A stretch of DNA of 61,433 nt, filler included, from an uncultured bacterium (GTDB lineage: Bacteria > Hinthialibacterota > Hinthialibacteria > Hinthialibacterales > Hinthialibacteraceae), in the NCBI GenBank assembly GCA_964449065.1. It is 5 parts of 5 records of this genome, joined end to end, with 100 filler letters (N's around TTAATTAATTAA, not from the genome) between each part and the next. Parts side by side here need not be neighbours in the genome. Positions count along the whole stretch, not along the records: positions 1 to 12,379 come from CAYVAZ010000147.1; 4 more parts are not named here. One strand, written 5' to 3'. Under the pieces are notes generated by a model. It did not search any database, was not told the origin of the DNA, and saw nothing but the letters and a program-made list of their open reading frames with translations. Below, piece after piece: positions 1 through 9,533 of this stretch; position 1 is the stretch's first letter; each line of letters opens with the position of its first letter. The position numbers and the translations under genes are program-made.

Positions 1-81
1 CCCTTAATAAGGGGGGATAACAACGACAGTCTCTTCGTTGCGTAACATGAGTTAGTTTTTTTGATGGTAAAGGTTGGATTG

Positions 82-1353
82 ATGAAGCAGCGCAAAAAAG
101 GAATCGTCTTAATCATTACGCTTTGGATCATCGTCGTCTTGACGGTGGTCTCACTGGCCATGGTGCGCCAAATCAACTTGGAAGTAAAAATGGTCGGCTT
201 TCAGCGTGATGTCACCATTGTCGATTCGCTGGCTTTGGCCGGATTACGCCAAGCCATCATTGTCCTGCGTGAAGACAAACTCAAAGACAGCGGTGAACAA
301 ATGCAGGAAACCCTCTTTCGCTTTGGCGAAGACGACGCGTTCATGTACGACGGCGGCACCGAACTCTGGGCGGATTATCCGGAACTTTTCGAAGAAGTTC
401 CCTTTTATGAGATGGGCGAAAAACGCGGATATTATTACGTGGAAATCGAAGACGAGTCATCCAAACTTCCCATCAACGCCGCCGCGCCGGAAATGCTGGC
501 TCATTTAATCGAGTTGACAGGGGTGGATGAAGAGGACGCCTTTTTTCTGGCTTCCGCCATCCAAGATTTTAAAGATGGGGATCAAATCCCCCACACCGCC
601 AGTTCCGGCGGGTCCGGTATGGGCGGGGGACGCCAAAGAGGCGGCGCCGGAAGAGACGCTTCCGACGAAACCTCGTTTTACAACGGCCGCTCCAACCGCG
701 ATGAACTGATGCCCGAAATCCTTATGAAGAACGGTTCCATCGGTACCTTGGATGAACTGCTGCTAATCCCGGGTATGACTCCCGCTATCTTATACGGAAC
801 GGTAGATCCGGATGAACAGCAATCCCGCAGACGCTCACGCCGCGGCAGACGGGGCGAATATCTGGGTTTGGTGAATTACATGACGGTCTATTCCAACAAA
901 GTCAATCTCAATACCGTCAAACCGGAAGTCATGGAATCCATCTTATTCCCCGTGGTGGGAGAAAACGCGCAGCAAATCGCGGAAGATTGGACCGAATACC
1001 GCGACGGCGGCGACGGCATGACCTATACCCAAGATGACCGGGTACTAAAGACAATCGACAATTCCGATATGGATAACGTCGATATTTCCCGCGTGCAAGG
1101 TTTAACACCGCAACTGCTGGGGCAATTGGGTGTGTTTCACATCGATTCGGATGTCTTTGTGGTCAAAGCCTTCGGCGAATACGGAGACATTAAAAAAGGA
1201 TACCGCGCCATTGTTCGGCGGCATTTTACACCCTGGGAACAACTGCCGGAATTTGGGGTGGAAGTGTTTGATGTGAAAAACTTAGAACAAGTCGAAATGG
1301 AAGTGATGTTGTTTGAACCGTTATTCGATGCAAAAGACCAACTGCGGTCCTAA
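82..1353 (+). CDS. gspK: Type II secretion minor pseudopilin GspK-like protein
   Basis: N-terminus RKKGIVLIITLWII (class III signal-like), IEDESSKLPIN, IQDFKDGD, ELLLIPGMT and KVNLNT motifs typical of GspK. Start taken at ATG 82; the ORF is open from 61. Confidence 0.85.
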   Translation: MKQRKKGIVLIITLWIIVVLTVVSLAMVRQINLEVKMVGFQRDVTIVDSLALAGLRQAIIVLREDKLKDSGEQMQETLFRFGEDDAFMYDGGTELWADYPELFEEVPFYEMGEKRGYYYVEIEDESSKLPINAAAPEMLAHLIELTGVDEEDAFFLASAIQDFKDGDQIPHTASSGGSGMGGGRQRGGAGRDASDETSFYNGRSNRDELMPEILMKNGSIGTLDELLLIPGMTPAILYGTVDPDEQQSRRRSRRGRRGEYLGLVNYMTVYSNKVNLNTVKPEVMESILFPVVGENAQQIAEDWTEYRDGGDGMTYTQDDRVLKTIDNSDMDNVDISRVQGLTPQLLGQLGVFHIDSDVFVVKAFGEYGDIKKGYRAIVRRHFTPWEQLPEFGVEVFDVKNLEQVEMEVMLFEPLFDAKDQLRS

Positions 1354-1384
1354 ACGGACTCGCAAATACAGAAGGATATAAACC

Positions 1385-3121
1385 ATGGCAAGAGGAGCCA
1401 GAGCAAGAGCACGGTCGGCCAGAGGCGCCGCCGGTGCGGCCCAAGCCAATCAAGCGAAACAAACCGATCAAGCCAAAACCGCCAACCGAAACCGGGGCGG
1501 CGGTACGGTACGCGGCGGCGGCATAAAAAATCTCGGACGCGGCAAGCGCTACGCCACTGGGATCGATATCGGCAGTTTCTCCGTCAAAATCATTACCATC
1601 GCCGGAGATGAAGGCGGCAACATCGCTGTGCAAGCCGTAACCGTCGTGCCCCTTGCTAGACCCGAAGGGCCGGAATATCCCGAAGAAAAACACCAACGCC
1701 AGGCCGAAGCGCTCAAAGAAGCCGTCAAAAAACACGGCAAAGTTCAAGGGCGGATCGTGCTAGGCTTCCCCCGCCATTCCGCCACCATACGCTACCTCTC
1801 TCTTCCGTCCAGCAATCCGGATGAACTCAAAGAAATGGTGTTCTTTGACGCCGAACGCCATGTCCCCATTCCGTTGAATGAAATGGAAATCTCCTTCCAA
1901 ATCATCGAGCAACTCGGGGAACACGAATCCCGCGTCATGATGGTCGCGGTCCCCACCGATGAACTGGAACCCTACATCACCATGTGCGAGGAAGCGGGCA
2001 TCGATGTCAATGCCATTGACCTGGATGTTCTCGCCGATGTAGAAGCCTACAGCCGCAGCGCGGCACCCGGTGAAACGATTGCCGTTGTCAACTTTGGACG
2101 CTCTGCCGTCAACATGGGTGTCGTGAAAGATCAACACCTGTTATTCAGCCGCAGTTTGCCGGTGCCCGAAACCCGTTTGCTTGCCGGGTTTGCGGGAGCC
2201 AATTCGTTAAAAGATTTACAGGGGCGCGTCACCGCGGCCGGTGTACTCAATCCCAAAGAACGCGAACACTTTTCCGCCTGGGTGGAACGGCTGAGTATGG
2301 AACTCATGCGCTCCGTCAGTTCCTTTCTGTGCGAAATGCCCGATACCCACATCGACCGCATGATCCTTTGCGGCGGCGCCGGCTATTTTCCCGCGGGCCC
2401 GCCGCGCGCACTAACGGTAAAAGTCAAAACCAAAGTGACCGTTGAAAATGCCTTAAATGGCGAACTGCCGCCCAGCGATCAATACCAGGGCACGGAACTG
2501 GTAACCGTGACCGGACTCGCGCTGCGCGGCTTAAAACCGCCGGTGCAAACCCTCAACTTAATCCCGGAAGAAGTCACCACCGCCCGCGCCAAAGAACAGC
2601 GCTCCATCTTCCGCAAAAACGTCATGATCTTTTTCTTCATGATACTGGTATTAATCGGCGGCGGCGGCTTTCTGCATTGGTATCAATTGTATGAAGATTT
2701 CCAACGGGTTGATGGGTTCTATTCCGACCTGAATTTGGAAGCGAAACAAGTCTCGGCCATGAACAAAAAAATTAAGGTGGTCGAGAATTATATTGATACC
2801 CGGCAATCATGCATAAACGTTTTACAAAACGTCTTTGAAGAGCTAAAACCCTTTAAAATCTGGATATCCAACATAACGTTCAGCAAACGTGAAACGCTTC
2901 AAATCAACGGCCAAGCACTGAATGAAACGGAAATCAACAAAATCAATCATGTACTAAATGAATTGCGCCCTGCCCCCGGTGAACCGACATTCTTTACGAA
3001 TGTTTTCCCCGGCCAGTCGCAGCCGACGATGCTCGATCTGGATTCCAAGCAAATGCAAGTGTATAACTTCAGTTTTCATTGCACCCTGCGCTGGACGGAA
3101 GACATTGAATCAAACTTGTAG
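1385..3121 (+). CDS. Fused PilM (actin-like) - TM - PilN-like assembly platform protein (GspL-like topology)
   Basis: GIDIGSFSVK, VNFGRSAVNM and ILCGGAG actin-fold motifs, then the PilN signature LNLIP, one TM helix, a coiled coil and an IWISNI...LQINGQA ferredoxin-like domain. Confidence 0.8.
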   Translation: MARGARARARSARGAAGAAQANQAKQTDQAKTANRNRGGGTVRGGGIKNLGRGKRYATGIDIGSFSVKIITIAGDEGGNIAVQAVTVVPLARPEGPEYPEEKHQRQAEALKEAVKKHGKVQGRIVLGFPRHSATIRYLSLPSSNPDELKEMVFFDAERHVPIPLNEMEISFQIIEQLGEHESRVMMVAVPTDELEPYITMCEEAGIDVNAIDLDVLADVEAYSRSAAPGETIAVVNFGRSAVNMGVVKDQHLLFSRSLPVPETRLLAGFAGANSLKDLQGRVTAAGVLNPKEREHFSAWVERLSMELMRSVSSFLCEMPDTHIDRMILCGGAGYFPAGPPRALTVKVKTKVTVENALNGELPPSDQYQGTELVTVTGLALRGLKPPVQTLNLIPEEVTTARAKEQRSIFRKNVMIFFFMILVLIGGGGFLHWYQLYEDFQRVDGFYSDLNLEAKQVSAMNKKIKVVENYIDTRQSCINVLQNVFEELKPFKIWISNITFSKRETLQINGQALNETEINKINHVLNELRPAPGEPTFFTNVFPGQSQPTMLDLDSKQMQVYNFSFHCTLRWTEDIESNL

Positions 3122-3141
3122 TGAACGTAAGGAAAAACATT

Positions 3142-3765
3142 ATGGCAAGTAATTCACGCGAAAAGTTCTTATTTTTGGTTGTCTTCATATCCATCGCGTT
3201 TTTCGGTGGCTCTTACGCCTATCAATCCTTTGGAGACAATGTGTGGCTTCAAATTTCGGATATTGATGAGCGGCTGGAGACCATCGATTCGCTGTTGGAA
3301 AACCAAAAAGCATCCGGCGCGATCATCAAACGCTACGAAGAAATGAGTGCCGATTTGGTCGTTCCCGGTGAAGACTCAGAACAACTGCTCGCCATCCGGG
3401 AACAAATCACATCCATCCTCGATCAAGTAGGCTTGACAGGCAGGCTCAGCGCCAAAGAACCGGAAAAAGCCGAAGACTTTAAAATCATAACGCATTCCAT
3501 TGATGATATCGAATGCACGCCCGATCAATTGGGGCAACTTCTCTATTTGATTGAGAAACAATCAGCGGTTATGGAAGTCACGCAATGCAATATCACCAAC
3601 CAAATTCGCGACAACGGCGAAATGGGCTACCGCAGAGCTGGCGACTTGGATGAGAATACGTCTCTTTTGCAGGGATTGCTCTCCGTTGACCTAGAAGTTT
3701 CCCGTTTGGTGGAATACCGCAAGGGTGAAAAGCCCACGAAAAAACGCGCAAGAAGGAGAGCCTAA
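3142..3765 (+). CDS. PilO/GspM-like membrane-anchored protein
   Basis: SREK plus a single TM and coiled coil; follows PilMN in the operon; AAGGA upstream of ATG 3142. Confidence 0.6.
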   Translation: MASNSREKFLFLVVFISIAFFGGSYAYQSFGDNVWLQISDIDERLETIDSLLENQKASGAIIKRYEEMSADLVVPGEDSEQLLAIREQITSILDQVGLTGRLSAKEPEKAEDFKIITHSIDDIECTPDQLGQLLYLIEKQSAVMEVTQCNITNQIRDNGEMGYRRAGDLDENTSLLQGLLSVDLEVSRLVEYRKGEKPTKKRARRRA

Positions 3766-4340
3766 TGGTTGTCAAACGCAAAATCGCCATGACCTATTCG
3801 TTTTTGTTTTTAGGATTACTCGGTGCCTGTGTTTTTCTGGCATTGCAGGTTCGCCAATACATTAATGACCGCTCGGATCCCTTAGATGGATATAAAGAAC
3901 GGTTGATCAATACCAATGAAATTATCGATAGTCTCAACCGCGAAGATTTAATCGACAAAAATCAGACCTTAAGCACCTTTGCTGGCACACGGATGTTCGC
4001 GCCGATTGCCACACCGATTCCGAGGCCCTCACCCACCCCGATGCCGCCGCCCTCACCGACACCGGTTGTGGTCGCCCGCGGCTGGACTTTGCTGAACGTA
4101 TTTAGCGATCAATTTGCCAACATGAAAGATTTCTCCGGCAAAAAGGTTATCGTCAATGTAGGAAAAGAAGTCCCCAACGTGGTTCAAGGGCAGGATTTAG
4201 GCTTCACCGTCATCAAAATCGATGCCATCAACAAATGGGTAAAAGTGCAAGATAAACAAGGCAACACTTCCATCCTGCATGAAAACAGAGAAGCAAATGC
4301 CAAGCCCGCGCCGCAAAGAGTGCAGCCACAACGAAAATAA
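3765..4340 (+). CDS. Membrane-anchored protein in the PilP/GspC position
   Basis: N-terminal TM, Pro/Thr-rich linker and small beta domain; TAATG-coupled to the upstream gene and directly before the secretin. Confidence 0.5.
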   Translation: MVVKRKIAMTYSFLFLGLLGACVFLALQVRQYINDRSDPLDGYKERLINTNEIIDSLNREDLIDKNQTLSTFAGTRMFAPIATPIPRPSPTPMPPPSPTPVVVARGWTLLNVFSDQFANMKDFSGKKVIVNVGKEVPNVVQGQDLGFTVIKIDAINKWVKVQDKQGNTSILHENREANAKPAPQRVQPQRK

Positions 4341-4437
4341 CAGCGGCATGAGTACCGAAAACTACAGCATGGGTCTCATGCTTATCCTGATATGTATGGA
4401 ATGACAATAGTGGTTTTACAGACAGAAGGAGAAGACG

Positions 4438-6468
4438 TTGAAACGGACAGGGTTACTAATCTCAACAGGGGTACTATTTTTACTGACTGCCGCTCTTTAC
4501 GCGGCGGCACAACAAACACAGCAGGCACAGCAAGTGGGTGAACCTGCCCAGCAAGAAGACACCGCCGAAGAAGAAATGCCGTCGGCCGGTGAAACCACCG
4601 AAAGCAGCTTGGAAATCGTCATTCCCAACGGGGTGACCGCACCCGGTCTACCGCTGGAAGACGTAATCAACCTGATCCAAGCCCAAACCGGTGCCCAAGT
4701 AATTCTTGGCGAAGGCGTGGGACAAAAGCAGGCCAACTTCAACATCTCCGGCGACCCCACCGTTCGCGAAGTGTTGGATTCTGTATTGCCGGCTATGGAA
4801 CTTGATTACGTCGAACAAGAAAACGGCGTGATCCGAATCGATACCGAAGCCAAAATCGCTGAAATCAAAACCCCCGATGTGGAACTGATTACACGCAACA
4901 TTATCCCGGAATTTGTGGATGTAGCGGTTCTCGAAGGCGCCTTAAGCAACCTGAAAAGTCCGCAGGGGACCTTGCTGGTTGATTCGGACAGCCAAAAAAT
5001 TGTCGTCACGGACTTCCCGGAAATCGTCGAAGAAATGATGAATTTAGTTCAGTTGCTCGATGTCCCGGTTGAAACCCGCCGTTTTGTCATCCGCTTCGGC
5101 AACGCCCAAGATATCGCCGATCAACTTCAAGGCGTACTCCAAACCGAAGAAGGCGAATTAATTGTCGATATCCGCAACAACACCATCATTGCCACTGACA
5201 CGGTAGACCGCTTGGATATGGCGGAATCCATCGTCAATGAGTTGGATCAACAAATCAAACCCACGTTTATTCCGTTAGCCTTCGCCCTGCCGGAAGATGT
5301 CCTGCCGCTGGTCGAAACCATGCTCACCGAGCTGGGCTTTTTGGATTTCGATCCCCGCACATCCCGGATTATTGTATGGGATATCCCCACCGTCGTGGAA
5401 CAAATTCGTGAAGTCGTCAAATTAATTGATATCCCCACGCAGCAGGTATGGGTTGAAGTGGATATTGTGCGCACCAACAAAGATAAAACGCTGACGTTAG
5501 GAGTTTCTGCCGATTTTGGAAGCGATATCGGCGCCGGGGGGAGCCCGAATGCCCCCAACTTGGGCAGCGCGACCGGCGGCGGTCAGTTTTTTAGCTTTAA
5601 CCCGTTTCTTTCTACTTCCGGCAGTGGACTGAGTTTGCTGGATGTCAGCCGCGGCAATTATAGATTTCAAATCGATGCCATGGTCGAAAACAACAACGCG
5701 GAAATTATTGCCAGCCCCCGCCTGTTGATCCAAGATGGTCAAATCGGCTCCTTCACGCTCGGTTCGCAAGAACCCTTTGCCGTTCGCCAGCAGCAAACCT
5801 TCTTCGGCGGCGGCAGCGGCGGCGATTTCTTTACCCAGCAGTTCCGCGAAGTCGGGACCACGGTGTTTTTCGAAGTCTTTGCCAGTGAAGCCGGGTATAT
5901 CGAAATGTTTATCAATGTGGAAGATACCAACTCGCGCCGGGTCGAATTGGCGAACGTGGGCGACGGTCTGGCGATCGACGGGTCCTTCATCGAAACCGCC
6001 ATCACGGTGAAAAGCGGCCGGACGGTCGTGCTGGGCGGTATCATCAATCGCGAACGCAGCCGCTCCAACTCAGGTGTTCCGATCTTAAGCAGTATCCCCA
6101 TTTTGGGAAATCTGTTCAAAAACAAAAGCAGCACGGATGATAACCAAAAAATGCTGGTATTCATCACTCCCCGTTTGATGAACATTGACGACCCCTACGA
6201 CTTCGCGCAATTGGATAACATCAAACGGGTCTTGGAATTGCAATCCGCCGGCGCCACCGATTTTGTCGATTCGAATGTCGCGGAAGATTATGTGGATTGG
6301 AGCGCGGAAGAGAACAACGAAAGAGCCGCCATACAAGATTATTTACAAGAACAAGGCCTGGAAGGCTACGATGTGGAAAAACGAACGGTGGAAAACGAAC
6401 CGTCCAGACAAGAACAACTGGAAAGCGGCATTCTTCGTATGGACGAAGACAATGACGATGGATTTTAA
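4438..6468 (+). CDS. Secretin (GspD/PilQ family)
   Basis: Signal peptide, three N-domain repeats, QVWVEVDIV, IIASPRLLI, VKSGRTVVLGGI, GVPILSSIPILGNLFK and LVFITPR. TTG start after GAAGGAG. Confidence 0.93.
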   Translation: MKRTGLLISTGVLFLLTAALYAAAQQTQQAQQVGEPAQQEDTAEEEMPSAGETTESSLEIVIPNGVTAPGLPLEDVINLIQAQTGAQVILGEGVGQKQANFNISGDPTVREVLDSVLPAMELDYVEQENGVIRIDTEAKIAEIKTPDVELITRNIIPEFVDVAVLEGALSNLKSPQGTLLVDSDSQKIVVTDFPEIVEEMMNLVQLLDVPVETRRFVIRFGNAQDIADQLQGVLQTEEGELIVDIRNNTIIATDTVDRLDMAESIVNELDQQIKPTFIPLAFALPEDVLPLVETMLTELGFLDFDPRTSRIIVWDIPTVVEQIREVVKLIDIPTQQVWVEVDIVRTNKDKTLTLGVSADFGSDIGAGGSPNAPNLGSATGGGQFFSFNPFLSTSGSGLSLLDVSRGNYRFQIDAMVENNNAEIIASPRLLIQDGQIGSFTLGSQEPFAVRQQQTFFGGGSGGDFFTQQFREVGTTVFFEVFASEAGYIEMFINVEDTNSRRVELANVGDGLAIDGSFIETAITVKSGRTVVLGGIINRERSRSNSGVPILSSIPILGNLFKNKSSTDDNQKMLVFITPRLMNIDDPYDFAQLDNIKRVLELQSAGATDFVDSNVAEDYVDWSAEENNERAAIQDYLQEQGLEGYDVEKRTVENEPSRQEQLESGILRMDEDNDDGF

Positions 6469-6540
6469 CTCCAAGAATTGGCAATTAAACATCTACCGAT
6501 AACCGTGGCTTCGGATGCACTTAAATATGGGAATGGGTTT

Positions 6541-7017
6541 ATGGAAAGGACATTCTATTTCGCGTACAACACTCATATAGATGCTTATCAATTGCGTACC
6601 ATTGGCATCCGTGTTTTTTCCAGCTGTTGCTGTTGTCTTCACGACCACCAACTGGAATTCAATGTGCTGGAAGACGAATATTTTCGCTTTGAAACGAGAG
6701 GCATTCCCAATATCGTTCCCTATTTGGGCGGGAAAGTGGAAGGCATATTATACGAAATGGACGATAAGGATCTCTCACTCCTCGACCGGGAAGCCGGGGT
6801 GGGCGATATGAAATATTACCGGAAATATGTCGATATATCCATAGACCGGAAAAAAATCAAAGCGTATGCTTATGCCGCCTGGCCGGATGTGACTTCCCAG
6901 GGATTGTCCCCCAACAAAAAACTACTACATCAAATACTCTATGCGGCAAAAAAAGCCGGCATGTCGTTTGAATACCAACAATGGCTGCAAACCAAATACA
7001 ACGTATCAGCGGTCTAG
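6541..7017 (+). CDS. Gamma-glutamylcyclotransferase (GGCT/AIG2-like) family protein, divergent
   Basis: YFAY..., VEGILYEM, LD..., Y.RKYV and AYAY pattern of the GGCT fold; catalytic motifs are atypical. Confidence 0.7.
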   Translation: MERTFYFAYNTHIDAYQLRTIGIRVFSSCCCCLHDHQLEFNVLEDEYFRFETRGIPNIVPYLGGKVEGILYEMDDKDLSLLDREAGVGDMKYYRKYVDISIDRKKIKAYAYAAWPDVTSQGLSPNKKLLHQILYAAKKAGMSFEYQQWLQTKYNVSAV

Positions 7018-7107
7018 AATCCACAGTGCGTTTCCAGGTTAGACAGATACCGCCCCCCTTGCATCAATGCCATTGACTTAAGCAATCAAACTTGAAAACG
7101 CACTATC

Positions 7108-7287
7108 TTCTCCCCCAAAGCATTTGGGGGAGATGTCCGACGCAAGGAGGACAGAGGGGGCGCGAAGAGAACCATAAACCAGAATGATTCAACCGGTTTT
7201 AAAGAAGGTTTTTCCTTGGCAATCAAACGAAGCAATCTGTTAAACCGCTTTGATTTTAGTGAACAATCCAAATAAGAATTGGTATAA
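7108..7287 (+). repeat. Dispersed ~180-bp repeat family A, copy 1
   Basis: CTCCCCCAAA...TTTGGGGGAG hairpin plus a conserved tail ending GGTATAA; closely similar to 11882-12061, 13782-13957 and partial 12480-12525. Confidence 0.9.
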
Positions 7288-7288
7288 T

Positions 7289-7443
7289 TTATACCAATTA
7301 CAAAATAGAAAAACCGGGTAAAAATAAACCCAAACTATGTGCAGGCATGATGCCAGCACACAACGATTCCTAGGCTGAATTGTAGTGCAGGCGTCCCGCC
7401 TGCAAACGATGTTTTCTCGGAAATCCAAATTGCTAACGGTATA
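7289..7443. repeat. TTATACC...GGTATAA-bounded mini-element containing GTAG-type REP palindromes
   Basis: Terminal TTATACC/GGTATAA and internal GTAGTGCAGGCGTCCCGCCTGCA; related REPs near 11849 and 13759. Confidence 0.6.
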
Positions 7444-7723
7444 ATTTATTGCACAGATCGCCCGAAATTTTATGACGTCTATGGCATTGCCCCCAGGCTT
7501 AAGAAAAGAAATTTCTCTTCAAAACGACGGATCACTTTCCTTTTTATTACCGTTCTTGAAAGCAAATAATTTTAACGTCAAAAACGGCTCATGATATTGA
7601 TATTTTCGGAAAATTCGTTTAGTATAATCACCAAAGCCTTGATCTTTTTATGGAATTTCTTACATTCTTATTGAAATACTGCGTTTGAATCTTCTAGCGA
7701 TGTGCTAGAAAAGGAGACTTGAA

Positions 7724-8323
7724 ATGAATCGTGTGTTATCAGTGCTGATTTTAATGGTGTGTATAGCTATGGGTAGTTCTTCGCCAGTTACTGGAGAGGA
7801 TTATAAGGGGATGGAGTATTACAAACAAGCGGATTTGCAATGCTTGACCCACCCGGATTTGTTCAACAAATGGTCTTGCCGGAAAAAGGCTGATAAAGAA
7901 AAAGCAGTCGTGATTCCTGAAGTAGAAGAACCAAAAGAAGATAAATCATTACCCCCACGTGAGGAAGAACCGCTGGAATGGAAGCCTCTTCCCGTGAAAA
8001 CCGTGTATTTTGATTACGATAAATCAAACCTCAAGCCGGAAGGCAAGGCCGCCATTCAGCGCAATGTGCAGTTCTTAAAAGACAAACCCAACGCCCGCAT
8101 CTTGATTGAAGGCCATTGCGATGAGCGCGGCACGAACGAATACAACCTCGCGTTAGGCGAACGCCGGGCTACCTCGGTTATGAATTACATGACCGATCTC
8201 GGGATCTCCGCCTCTCGTATCACCACCAAATCATGGGGTGAAGAACGCCCGGTAGACCCCGGCCACAATGAATCCGCTTGGTGGAAAAACCGCCGTGGAG
8301 AAATGTTTTTCTCCGAAGAATAA
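7724..8323 (+). CDS. OmpA-family peptidoglycan-binding protein (Pal-like)
   Basis: VYFDYDKS, IEGHCDERGTNEYNLALGERRA, SWGEERP and KNRR; AGGAG RBS. Confidence 0.9.
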   Translation: MNRVLSVLILMVCIAMGSSSPVTGEDYKGMEYYKQADLQCLTHPDLFNKWSCRKKADKEKAVVIPEVEEPKEDKSLPPREEEPLEWKPLPVKTVYFDYDKSNLKPEGKAAIQRNVQFLKDKPNARILIEGHCDERGTNEYNLALGERRATSVMNYMTDLGISASRITTKSWGEERPVDPGHNESAWWKNRRGEMFFSEE

Positions 8324-8348
8324 CAATTGAAACGTATAGGAAATGATC

Positions 8349-8385
8349 AGGGCGGTTTCCTTTGGGAATCCGCCTTGTTTTTTTT
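8349..8385 (+). terminator. Rho-independent terminator after the pal-like gene
   Basis: AGGGCGG...CCGCCTT stem followed by a T-tract. Confidence 0.7.
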
Positions 8386-8396
8386 AGGATCGACTC

Positions 8397-9533
8397 ATGA
8401 ATTCACTAAAAGAGCAAATCCAGGAGCAAGCTGCCATCCTTTCCGCGATCGGTGAAGGCTCCGCCGATGCCATTACTCAAGTGGATAAAAACCTACGCAT
8501 CATCACGTGGAGCCCCGGTGCCGAGAAAATGCTTGGCTATTCGGCCAAAGAAGTTATCGGGAAACCTGTTGATTTAATTATGACGCCCGAAGTGCGCGAA
8601 CACGAACTGGAACGCATTCAAAAACAGTTTGACGGTGAATTGGGCGCCATCAATGTCGAGACGGTCCGGCTAAGAAAAGACGGCACTCCCGTTCACGTGC
8701 AAATGACACGCATCCCCATGATCAGCAGCCAGGGAGAAACCTCCACTTTGTTGGCGGTCTTAAAAGACATTACCAAAGAAAAAGAACTTCGCAGAAAAGT
8801 CGAACTCTTGGAACGCAATCAAGCCATGTCTAAAGTGGCGGCCAAAGTGGCCCATGAAATCCGAACCCCTTTAGGGGTCTTATTTCTAAAAAGCGACCTC
8901 TTGGTTGAGCGCCTAAGTGTAGTGTTTGATGAATGGGGCAAGGGAAACGTTGACACTCATAAAAAAGCGCTGGAAAAATACGTTACCGATATTCAAAGGC
9001 AAGTCTCCCGCTTGGAAGAAATCGCCAACAACTATCTTCATCTCTCCAAATCCCGAACCATGGAACGGCAAGATGTGGATGTGGAAGCATCCCTGAACGA
9101 AATGCTTGCCGAATGGAAAGAACAGTATAAAGACGAAGACATCGTATGGCATCTGGAAAATAAAACCAAGCCGTTATCCTTGTTTTTAGATCCCCAGCAA
9201 ATCCAACGGGTCTGCTTCAACTTGGTTCGGAATTCCGTGGAAGCGGTTCGCTCAAATGATGAGGAAGCCAAAGCAATAGGGATTCGGATGGATTCGGATG
9301 AGCGGTATTTGCATTTAACCATCTGGGATAACGGACCAGGCATTCCGCAAGAAATCCGGGAAACCATCTTTGATCCCTTCACCACCACAAAAAGTATTGG
9401 CACTGGGCTGGGATTGTATTTGGTCCAGGAAATCGTTCGGAATCATGGCGGCGAAATCACCCTTGAGAGTGAAGAGGGAAAGGGAACTTCCGTGAAAATT
9501 TCTATTCCGCTTGAACCGGAGAAACAAACGTGA
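8397..9533 (+). CDS. PAS-domain sensor histidine kinase (cytoplasmic)
   Basis: PAS (WSPGAEKMLGYS), H-box AHEIRTPL, N-box NLVRNS, DNGPGI, FDPFTTTK and GTGLGL. Confidence 0.95.
   Translation: MNSLKEQIQEQAAILSAIGEGSADAITQVDKNLRIITWSPGAEKMLGYSAKEVIGKPVDLIMTPEVREHELERIQKQFDGELGAINVETVRLRKDGTPVHVQMTRIPMISSQGETSTLLAVLKDITKEKELRRKVELLERNQAMSKVAAKVAHEIRTPLGVLFLKSDLLVERLSVVFDEWGKGNVDTHKKALEKYVTDIQRQVSRLEEIANNYLHLSKSRTMERQDVDVEASLNEMLAEWKEQYKDEDIVWHLENKTKPLSLFLDPQQIQRVCFNLVRNSVEAVRSNDEEAKAIGIRMDSDERYLHLTIWDNGPGIPQEIRETIFDPFTTTKSIGTGLGLYLVQEIVRNHGGEITLESEEGKGTSVKISIPLEPEKQT

Noticed and set aside
7086..7428. Short ORFs here and at 11822-12061 and 13572-13895 with similar translations
   Set aside because: The similarity comes from non-coding repeat A; frames and stops are not conserved between copies.
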